The notes below the pieces were generated by a model. It was not told where the DNA came from, ran no database searches, and saw only the letters and a program-made list of their open reading frames with translations. Position numbers and translations under genes: made by a program. Source: Octopus sinensis (lineage: Eukaryota). Taken from it: a stretch of DNA of 64,000 bases. The DNA lies in contig NC_043009.1 of the NCBI RefSeq assembly GCF_006345805.1, positions 50,220,001-50,284,000 of the forward strand, written 5' to 3'. Positions 53,090 to 64,000 of this stretch are shown piece after piece; within the stretch, counting starts at the first letter, position 1; each line of letters starts with the position of its first letter.

Positions 53090-54004
53090 CTGCAAACAGT
53101 AAGAAAAAGTTCACTTGGAAAATTAATAAAGGAATATTCACAATCACAGCATGAAAAATATCCAAAAACATATACATATATATATATATTTCTAACATAA
53201 ATAACAGTGACTCATTGTTGGTCTCTATATGTTTATATATATGCAGAAGGAAAAATCAACATTTTAAAGTAAAATTTCAATGATTTATTTAACCTGCAGT
53301 GGTGCATAAGTGCATTGCAGTTTGTTTATATATATATGTATGTTTACATGTGTATATGTGCACATCTATATTTATTTGTGATGCCAATGAAATGAAGCCT
53401 AAGCTTTGAATGGATAAATAAAATCTACTATATCTAATAAGTATATTATTCTTCTCTTGTTTGTACATTGAAAACACATCCATACATATATAGAAACAAT
53501 ATTCAACATTAAATACATAAATACAGAGATAATATATGTGTTTATGATGTTAGACTGCTTGAGCCTAGTAAAGGTAACCATTATGTCAACAACATAGCTT
53601 CACATAGAAAAGACAGTTATTACACCTTGTCATTCAGGTACCTATGGAAAATTTTGGTATAGAATGAAAGGGTCATCTACCATCTCACTCACATATATTT
53701 GTTATGATAGTAATACGATAATGAGTCCAAAAATGAGAACTGGTGCAGACCAAGAACAAAAGCACACTGCTCAACCATTTTCTCTGACAAAACCCCAATA
53801 CAACAAATGGAACAAAATAAAGAAGCCCAAATGACTAGTTAGATAGACTTTAGGAGTGTACCAACATAATTTTAGATATCAGCATACATGTAACATACAC
53901 TTTCAATGATTGGTGACCTATCGAACCTAACTTCTAAGTTTGTTATTTATTCTTATATTTAATACTTCGTCTGATAAGTTCCAGGATGTTTCCATATGCA
54001 GCAC

Positions 54005-54140
54005 CTGCATATATAATTTCCCAAATCCAGGAAGTTCCAAGAGTTCCTGGAATTTTCTCACTTCTAGAATCTGTTTTGTCAATTCAAACTGTGCCACACA
54101 AAAGTTCATTCTTGGCAATGTACAATCAACCAACTTCCCA
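54005..54140 (-). CDS. Candidate exon (136 nt, phase 2-0; GKLVDCTLPRMNFCVAQFELTKQILEVRKFQELLELPGFGKLYMQ)
   Basis: Strong acceptor tttcatttcctgttatcccattgcag; lies within the 98-aa ORF 53927-54223; protein-like composition. The CAG|gtgctg donor is weak and the frame stays open to 53927. Confidence 0.6.
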
Positions 54141-55776
54141 CTGCAATGGGATAACAGGAAATGAAATATGTAAGGCCATTCATTTAACTTCAGCAGTAGA
54201 CACATGAGTTCTGTGCTAGTCATGATGCATGTACATAAATATTATACATACGTGTATGTTAAGAAACCAGCAGTTACTTACAAGAAGATTTCAAATGATT
54301 AAAAATAGAAGAGAACATACATGCTCACAAGCCAGAGTTATACAAGGTAGCCTGCCCTACAAGAAATAGCAATTAAAATCTTCAAACCATGTCTATCTTT
54401 TTTTCAGAAATTAGCTGACCTATGAGATAATGCAGTTTCAAAAGACAATGTGTCTGGAATAAAAGTGGTGGTCATGACTGGAGCATCTTTGATCATAAAC
54501 ATACAACTCAGTCAGAGCTGATTTGAGATTAAACAGCAACAATGAAAATACATGTATATATACATTCAAATATACATAAATGCACAAATATCTATATATA
54601 TATATTTTGCATATATGCATACACAAAACGTTGCAGAAGGTACAAAACAGTTATGAATATTTTAAGGAATCGAGAAAATGTAATGTAATAGAATGGAGAA
54701 AGAGAAAGAATTTTCACAAGAATAACTCGGCAAACTAGATGATTTTCTTTAATCAACTTTTTAACACTTTGATGAGGTAAACTGCGAAACAATGTGTAGC
54801 TTGAAGTGTTGTTTGTTTGTCAATACATCACTTAGAAATAAAGATATCTGCATGAATAAGATGTTCTTTGAAGAAAAAGGAAGCAAGTTCAATTTCATTC
54901 AACACCCCATATTTCGATTCTACATAATCCCCCCACCCTACCCTTTACTAACACACACACACGCTCTTCTTCTGTCTTCCAGGAATACCTCTACCAAAAA
55001 GTGGTAGCTAATTAAGAAGCATTATAATTAACTACAATCAGCAAAGCTTGGATTAAAATCAAAGTAATTACAGAAACCTGTATAATTGCTCTTTCTGTTC
55101 TTTTCTTATAAACAAGAAAAATAAATTCTCTCTCATTCACCCTTATCTTTCTCTCTCTCTCTTCCTCACACACACATACGCACACACAAATGATGTAAAC
55201 AGAAAATAATTCCAAAATTATGAGCTAACAAAGGAAAAGTGGAAAATCACATGAGCTAATATGAGGAACACTCCTGACATCTAGTGGCAGTTAGACAAAA
55301 GACACTAGATAATCTTCAACTTTTGTTTCTGTACACACATTTCAACACCACAACCATATCAGCAGGAGTGTAGAAAGAGAGATAAAGAGATAGAGAAAGA
55401 AGAACAGAGAAAGAAAGAGAGAGAGAGAGAGATAGAGATGGAGATAAAGATACACAGAGATGCAAGCAGCAGAACAAGAGGAAGAATAGATTGTTTGGTG
55501 GAACGGAAGATATCTGGAGATGAGTGGGGGAGAGAGGAAATAGTGGGAGATAAATGGGAGTAGAGGAGATTCAATAAGCTTTACTGTAGCACAATTTGAT
55601 GAGCTTCTCTATTGCCATGGTAACACAGGCTAAAAGGTGCAGTTGTTAGAACCATTTGTTGAAAAAGAAGAAAGGTATCCACACAGAGATGATTTTCACA
55701 GAGTTAGATAGAGTTGCAGAAGTGTGGGGGGGAAAGTAAAAAAAAAAAGAACAACAATAACAATATTAGCAGCAGC

Positions 55777-55808
<32 letters not shown>

Positions 55809-56271
55809 CGATGACGACAATCACTAAAAGAAGAAGAAAAAAAAAAGATCTGAAAGGAATACAAATATAAACCAAGTTTTCAATGAAAATCTAATTTTAT
55901 TTATTTATTTAATCATTTATGTATTTGTTCTTTTTCTTTCCTTCCTAGCTAAGAGGGAATTTTTAGCAATGAAATTATCAATATAGAACGTTCCTCGTCT
56001 TGCAACTTCTTATGAATGAGTGCAGTTTGTGCAACTACTTCTGCACGAGGAATCAAGAGAGATGAAGCAACAAAGCAAGTAAAACTGTGCACAACTAAGA
56101 TGCAAAAACACAGCAGAAAGTCAGGAATATCAAACAAACAAGTGGGAAAAGGAAGCACAACTGAAATGAATCCTACCTATGTTTGATCATATATATATAT
56201 ATCTATATATACATATAGCAAGAGAGAGTGAAAGAGAGAGAGAGGAGAGAGAGAAAGTGGTGTATATATAT

Positions 56272-56302
<31 letters not shown>

Positions 56303-56696
56303 GTTGAAACAAAGCAAATCAATGACTTACTCAAAAGCATTTACATAAGCACACATTCAAATTCAGTATATGTATACACATATATATATTTGTAGGTGTG
56401 TGTATATGTATATAAATAAATTTATATTTGTTGGTGCGTGCGTGTGTGTGTGTGTGTATATATATATGAGCATGCATAATTATATATACATGCATGCATG
56501 CAATACATATTTAAGTAGACAACTGTGCTATATAGACAAAACAATCTTTAAGTTCAATCAAAAATATAAGAAAATAAAAGTGCAAATGCTAGCACACATG
56601 ATACATTTAATACATTCTGGTTTGTGCATTCATGTATTAGAGACAAAGGTGGTGGAGACAGGATAAATGAGTATATACATATCTACATACATAAAC

Positions 56697-56732
<36 letters not shown>

Positions 56733-56734
56733 AC

Positions 56735-56935
56735 CGTTAGCACGCCAGGCGAAATGCGTCGCTGTATTTCGTCTGTCGTTACGTTCCGAGTTCAAATTCC
56801 GCCGAGGTCGACTTTGCATTTCATCCTTTCGGGGTCGATAAATTAAGTACCAGTTACGCACTGGGGTCGATGTAATCGACTTAATCCGTTAGTTTGTCCC
56901 CTCTGTGTTTAGCCCCTTGTGGGTAGTTAAGAAAT
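56735..56935 (+). mobile_element. Deu/Nin-like-domain tRNA SINE (slightly 5'-truncated, young)
   Basis: CGTTAGCACGCCAGGCGAAATGC...B box GAGTTCAAATTCC...TTTCATCCTTTCGGGGTCGATAAATTAAGTACCAG; CpGs retained. Confidence 0.85.
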
Positions 56936-57590
56936 ATATATACTCATATATTCACACACAAATATATATACATATATATTCCTGTATATATACATATAAA
57001 TATATATAAACATGCATATATACATCTATATATATATAAATATACCTGCCTCACATATATATGTATATATATATATATACACACACATATCAAACATATA
57101 TCTGCATACATATATATTTGGGCTAGTATCTAGTTTCAGCATTGAGTGTTATACAAATACCCAAACTCAACACTATAACATTGTACTAAAGGTACCGTGC
57201 ACCCCATCTACAGTCAGGACCAAGGACTGCAATACCTTAGGATTAAAAGGCCAACAGCTCTTGAATGTGCAGCCAAAATATTAGGAAACCTACTGAAAAG
57301 GAAGCTGAACCCTCTATTCACATTACAGGACAAACCAACAGCCTGGTATGAGGTACAGATGCGGGCAGCAGTGTTGAACTCCCTCATACACCAAATGGGC
57401 CAATAATTAAGGGAAAAGCACAAACAGGAGTGGTGATATGAAATCCCACCACCAGGAAGAAATCAGGCAAAGAAGAATGGTATGTAAAATCACAAAATTG
57501 CAATGGTTCTGCAGCATAACCACAGCTGCATGGCCGAAATGAAGGAAAGTATGTATGGATATATATATGTATGTATATACATGCGTTTAT

Positions 57591-57632
<42 letters not shown>

Positions 57633-57664
57633 TATACATATATATATGTATACATATATATTAT

Positions 57665-57726
<62 letters not shown>

Positions 57727-57811
57727 CATACACATACACACAAAAAATACATACAATCATATACATATATATGTGACAACATTGAAGAATGGATGTTAAA
57801 TGATGATGATA

Positions 57812-57846
<35 letters not shown>

Positions 57847-58318
57847 TACTTATGCAAACACAAACATACACATAAATACTTCACTACAATACACTTCTAC
57901 CAACATATGTGCACTTATTTGAAATTACACATATACATACATACAAATATATATCCATCAATATATCATATTTAGAAACCTGAATATATGCCTACACACA
58001 CAAACACAGAAACACATACACACACACAAACACACATCCTTGCACATATTCACCAATACATTTGTCATATATAAGAATAACAGAGTACACTAGAATATGC
58101 AAATAGAGAAATGGCGATAAGATGTATCAAATCAACTTAAGAAGAATACTGATCTTCAATGAAATTTTTCTTCTGTACATAAGGTAAAGGATAATCTCCG
58201 ATAGTATTAATCCCTCACCTACCAACTATCAGTCCATGAGATTCCATTTATTTTTACATATTCATAGTTTATATAACAAGAATATACATTTGAGTGTGTG
58301 TGTGTGTGTCTAGTCATT

Positions 58319-58374
<56 letters not shown>

Positions 58375-58385
58375 TAGAGGGAAAC

Positions 58386-58440
<55 letters not shown>

Positions 58441-61299
58441 AATACACACACATACATACATACATACACACACAGATAAATATATATTTATAGAAGGCAC
58501 TCTGCTATGTCAGCAAATGCAAAAATAAACATCACAATATCGGATCTAGTATGCGAGTTAAGAAATGTATTTCATATTTGTGCAACCAGTTAAATGAGAA
58601 GCTTGAGAAGGATTTCATTCTCTTCACGGAATTCTCCAGTGCAACCAACTCGAGTGGGTCAGAGTATTGGAAGGAGTCAAGCAAAAGTTTGAAACTGTCA
58701 TTAGCATTGATGTGAAAGTATTACCAAACCAAATTTAGGAATATGTTGCTAAGTAAAAGGTGTTACGTCCATTGATGCCATGCTCAGAAGTAAGCTGGCC
58801 GATATGTTTAAGAAAGCAAAACATAAAATGAAAAGTAACATCCAAGTCGTGGAAAAAAATAGATACTCTATCAAGTCACTATTGTATACAAAATGCCCAT
58901 TTCAGAAAATAAGAAACAAAAACATGTGGTAGCAACAATTTCCAAGTGTGCACAATGAACCACAGATAAATTGCAAAACAAAGAATCTACTGTGCCAAAT
59001 GTAATGTATAAGAGAGCAGGATAGGGGTACCATGACATACTATATAGCAGAAACATCCTGCAGTATAGGTGTAAGAATCAGGGAACACTGGCAAGAATAT
59101 AATAAAATAAGCAGATGTTTATAGTCTACCAGCATGCCATACAAAATACACAGGATCGACAAGCAATGTTGAAATAATAATTTCCCTTATATCTAAAAAG
59201 TCTAACCTTGCAATATGTCACTGAGTCTATACACATTCTGGAAGGAGATTCTGATCCACACTATCCTCTAGTAGAAAGAACAGATGTTTAACAACCCCAG
59301 GATCATAACTTCACTAACGTGAGAATGGGGGTACAATATGATTCATGTAATCTAAAGGGGACCACCACATACCCATACAGGCACACATACTTATAAACAA
59401 CACAGACTCACATACACACACCCTACAAATATACACACACAGTTATGTTGATAACAATAAACAAATCAGATTAAAATGAAAAATAAGAAAAGATACAATG
59501 ACCCCGCATTCAGTGCATAAACATAGAGATGATACTTCTGACAACATAAAGCAATAGCAAAAGTAGTGTTGGCAGTAGCAATAGTAGTAGTCAATTCTAA
59601 AGTAATAGACAAGAGACTAGTACTACATTTCCATTTTTTCTTCTTGCATTTCTATTAGTGTTATTCTGCAAAGAGTACTTCTTACTGTCACCACAATGGT
59701 TGATACTTTTAATGTCCAAACACTCAAGTATCTTATGTGTTTAGGAAGAGAAGAATGACAAGAGATATAAGTTGTCCCATCAGAAACAATTGTCAAAACT
59801 TGCTTTAACCACACTGTACTGTTTTAAAATGACCAATCACAACTGGAATGCTTTTGGTAATAGGTCTGCTTGATCAGGTCTGACCTAAAAGGAAACTACG
59901 ACTAAATTTGATAGATTTAACTTGCACTAAAAAAAAAAGGGAAAAATTCTACTCTTTCCCTAAACATAACTCATTCTGTTTACCATTCATATTTTTTATA
60001 TTTGTTCTGTTTGTTCTTAGTAGCAAGATTAAGTTTATATCCTTTAAATAAAATATCTCTTTATCAAACATTACATCCTTTAGTAAACAATTTGGTTATA
60101 TCTGATCCATGTAATACCTGTTTATTATATAGGGACTAGTTGCATTCATTCTAACATGAGCAAGCACCAAATGAATCACTTAAAATTCCTCAATCTTCCA
60201 TTGTTGAAAGGGTTATACAAGATTTAGGATTAACACTTAGTTTTTGTTGATATTATCAACAATAATGATTAGCAATTCCTTGAGTGATTTAGTCATTAAA
60301 CTTAATATCCTGCTGGTGTACAATCTCATAGGCTTAAATTATTAGTTTAGCTTGACCTTCAAACTAATTCTCTGAGGACTTGGAAGAACATTTAAAAAAA
60401 TAACATATTAGTTCCAAAATACAAAACATTTGACATGAATGCTGCCATATTTACATAATTCTTTTAAGAGTTGATATTTAATTTTAGACAAAAATGACTA
60501 AGATTTCAAGCCAGTGAAGCCCAAACAATGATGGGGAAAAAAAGAAAAATGAATTCTTCTCATAAAAATAACTTCTAATAGAAATTCATAAATAAAAGAT
60601 TTACTAAAATGTAGCAAAAAATATAGCAAGAAGAAATCTAAATCCTTATTTTCTTGAAAAAATTCAAAATATTTAATAAAGGAAAAATTAAGAACAAAAA
60701 GAAAAATGAGTTAGCAGACATAAATGATATCATTCCTAACCGAAGAAATGAAATCTGCCAACATATTAAATTTCATAAATTTCTATCTGTACTGAACTGA
60801 AGAAATAATTGAAACAAGGGATCAACTCGAGGATAGTGTTAACAATAAATCAATGGAAATCTTTATATTTGCTTTTAGTTTTCAATAATTGTTAGTTTTC
60901 TAAAAGATAAATAGAAATGTTGACCCAGAGAATTGATATTTGAAGACAAATGCATGGAAGAACACTGCAACATTGCATTTTTTTCCCCTTACTCTATGGT
61001 TAAATTTATCAACAGAAGGATATATTAATTCTTCTGGACAATTCTGTCTGTATCTGTGTGTGTGTGTGTGTGTATTTCTATCATTTCAATTTCTGCCTTC
61101 CAGCATTTGCTTCAACATTTTATATTATAGTTCAAATCCTACCATGGTCAACTTGGCCTTTCTTCCTTACAGGTTCAATGTAATGAAGAACCAGTGTAGT
61201 GCTAGACTTAATCTACTTGAGTAAACCCACCTCTCAAAACTGTGGGTTTTGTACCTAAATTACAATCATTATCATTCATAATAATCCTTTCTACTATAG

Positions 61300-61490
61300 G
61301 CACAAGGCCTGAAATTTGGGGAGTGGGGTAAGTCACTTACATCAACCCCAGTTCTAAAATGATACTTATTTTATCAACCCCCAAATGGATGAAAGGTAAA
61401 GTTGACCTCAGTGGGACTTGAACTCAGAACATAAAGCAGGAAGAAATGCACTAAGTAGTTTGTCTGTTACGCTAATGATTCTGCCAATTC
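61300..61490 (-). mobile_element. Deu/Nin-like SINE, degenerate
   Basis: Same family, seen as GGATGAAAGGTAAAGTTGACCTCAGTGGGACTTGAACTCAGAAC on the plus strand. Confidence 0.7.
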
Positions 61491-62083
61491 AATTTCTTCA
61501 GTTAGCTGCAGGCATTTGAAGAAATACAAAAATGTGAAACTTTCACTGTGGATTTACAAAGGAAAGTGGAATCTGAAAGCCAAGTTTACAGATACACTAA
61601 GTGAACATGATGAGAACATTATATAATATATGAATGAAAGGATGCATTAAGATTTTAACACTACAAGTATATGCATAGAAATAAATTTTTAGAAATACAA
61701 TAAAATGTGCAATAATTAAAATTGAAATGAAATACGAGTTTGGATACTCCATGACCCTGCCTATTACAATTGAGTACAGGTGCAATCGGTAAGTATTTTT
61801 CACGTGGATCGGTAAGTATTTTTCAAGATGGTTTTGAAAAACTCTTCTTTGGGTTATGTTCTTTTACATTCATACTAATGGCTTAATTTTATTTTTACTA
61901 ATAATCTATTTTTTTACATGTTGCTTATATTTTGAACCTAACTGCTTTTTATGGTATTTGACCTCCCTAGAAAAGTTTGTGGTACCATGAATAATTTTGT
62001 CCCTTAATTGTTTGATTTTCAATGGATAGCCAACCTTATTTCTACACCTTTTTTATTGTTTTCCTTACTTAAGTTAGAATACC

Positions 62084-62309
62084 TATTTCTTTATTACCCA
62101 CAAGGGGCTAAACACAGAGGGAACAAACAAGGACAGACATAGGTATTAAGTCGATTACATCGACCCCAGTTCGTAACAGGTACATCCGAAAGGATGAAAG
62201 GCAAAGTCGACCTCGGCGGAATTTGAACTCAGAATGTAGCAGCAGACGAAATACCGCTAAGCATTTCGCCCGGTGTGCTAACGTTTCTGCCAGCTCGCCG
62301 CCTGCAGAA
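62084..62309 (-). mobile_element. Full-length Deu/Nin-like SINE with a 14-bp TSD
   Basis: Head GGCGGCGAGCTGGCAGAAACGTTAG (A box) and B box GAGTTCAAATTCC; flanked by TAAGTTAGA(A/T)TACC at 62070-62083 and 62310-62323. Confidence 0.9.
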
Positions 62310-63585
62310 TAAGTTAGATTACCATGGTTGTTTTCAAGAAATTGTTCCTCCTCATCTATTTTTGTTGTTTTATGTTACCTCTTCCATTTTATGTAGGGTT
62401 TTTTTTCCCTTTCATGTTTTCTCCAATTGGTTGTCAACTAGTAAATTATTTCTTCCTTATTACACAAGTTTTCTAATCTGTTTCTATTAATGGGTATAAA
62501 GGGAGTTCTCTAGCTACCTTCAGTGTTTGGGCTGATAATATTCTAGAAACTGGGGTCTATTGGTCATTTTGCTATTTCAGATAATCTTCATTATTTTCAA
62601 TTCTCTCCCCACTCCTCACTCCTTCCACCATTATTTCTTCAAGGTAACCAGCTGTATCATCAAGCTTAGGCAATTTATCTTGATACCTTCTTCTAGACAC
62701 AATTCCAGTAAGGCTTGATGGCCTTTGGGGTGTTTAGGACTTGGAAATCCATGTGACTGCTTTCTGGCTATATGCCATTTTTCATTAACCCTACTTTAAT
62801 TACTAACCCATAATGTCAAACAAACCACGGATCTATGTTCTTTCCCATGTACTGTGGCACAAATCTCTACCCAGAGGTTTGTTTGTGTTTTGGCTGAATC
62901 TTTATAGGCTTAAAAGTAAAGCAGAAAGTGCCACAACTTCGGATTTTTCAGCTGAAAAGATTTCTTCTGATATGTCTTGAAGAGCTTGTTGTACTACTTG
63001 ACATGAAGGCAGATTTATTCCAATTCTATCCCTTCAGAAGTAAAGGTATATAATTATTCTCTTTGCTCTCTCCTTAACTACTGTGGCAAAGTGATGCTTT
63101 CATAGGAACTGAGATAGGCCTAAAAATTCTGTTTGTTCAGTTTGTATCAAAGGAAGATTCCCTCTGATACAACTACTGTACAAAGAGATTATAGGGTTCA
63201 ACTACATAGTTACTATCTTTGAAATTACTTGTTTGAGTGTTGGGAATATTTTTATTTTAATCTATTGTTCACTAAACTGTAACCCATCTTTTTTTCTTTA
63301 TCATACATCGAGTTTTACATTTCGATTTTGTCCTGCTTTTTCTTTTCTTTTCTTTTTATTTGCTGATGCAGTGTTCAGTCATATGGTATATACATGCTTG
63401 GTAGCTATTTCTGAAGTGAATATGTAACATCTGTAAATAAATATATTTTTAAAGTTTGTAAAAATAAACTTAATTTTTGTTGTCTACTCCCCAGGTATTG
63501 AAGGCAGGCATCTACTAATCCTTTCATTTGATACTGCACAAATAAATCATGTTCCAAAGAGAAAAGAAAAGCCATATCTTCACAC

Positions 63586-63586
<1 letters not shown>

Positions 63587-63641
<55 letters not shown>

Positions 63642-63649
63642 TAATAATG

Positions 63650-63687
<38 letters not shown>

Positions 63688-63927
63688 TTACGAAGACTTA
63701 CATATCTCTTCAGGAAGGTAAATGCATAATGTAAGAAGAGTGTAATATGATATGTAGTAAATACATTTCAACTCAATAAACAGAGTCACTCTTTACTTAT
63801 TACATATCATATCACACTCTTCTTATAGTGTAATAACAATAATAACAATAATATTAATAATAATAATCATAATAATAATAATAATAATATTAATAATAAT
63901 AACAATAATAATAATAATAATAATAAT

Positions 63928-63977
<50 letters not shown>

Positions 63978-63980
63978 TAA
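63587..63980. repeat. (AAT)n trinucleotide arrays
   Basis: Directly visible at 63587-63688 and 63833-63980. Confidence 0.95.
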
Positions 63981-64000
63981 TATCATAGTTTCTAATTTAG

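Noticed and set aside
53693-53783. 91-nt candidate exon with good splice sites (ttttgtcag ... |gtgagt)
   Set aside because: The phase-bridging frame gives an implausible peptide, and the more natural-looking frame does not fit its neighbours. Left unresolved rather than called.
55275-55290. CTCF-like site GACATCTAGTGGCAG
   Set aside because: A single one-mismatch motif match is expected by chance in 64 kb; no supporting evidence.
56735-56800. tRNA gene
   Set aside because: The A/B boxes belong to a SINE head; there is no complete cloverleaf, and the same applies to the other SINE copies.
58500-59030. Possible hAT dimerisation-domain relic (SEYWKESSKSLKLSLALM)
   Set aside because: Similarity is limited to a few residues; no TIRs or TSD seen.

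Overview
This is AT-rich, microsatellite-dense eukaryotic DNA. The (TA)n, (TATG)n, (TAGA)n and (GAT)n arrays, tRNA-derived SINE families and RTE LINE relics suggest a cephalopod, most likely an octopus (inferred from repeat content; no database check was possible). There are no prokaryotic-type genes, operons or CRISPR arrays, and almost all ORFs in the supplied track are translations of microsatellites or retroelements. The window holds four things. (1) Decayed retroelements: RTE RT with an embedded PHD-type finger, RTE 3' ends, a CR1/L2-like fragment, a Gypsy-like integrase relic and many SINEs, some with target-site duplications. (2) A hand-assembled chain of short candidate coding exons on the minus strand (about 54.1 kb to 15.5 kb, possibly on to 5.5 kb) for a protein I cannot name. 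(3) Hammerhead-ribozyme motifs. The most striking is a ~400-bp near-perfect fold-back at 4015-4411 whose arms carry a type I hammerhead in each polarity; a second, minimal variant hammerhead lies at 14275-14309. Both probably come from Penelope-like elements. (4) Inverted repeat pairs placed around candidate exons that could form dsRNA in the pre-mRNA. Exon calls are manual splice-site and phase reconstructions and need RNA-seq or homology confirmation.
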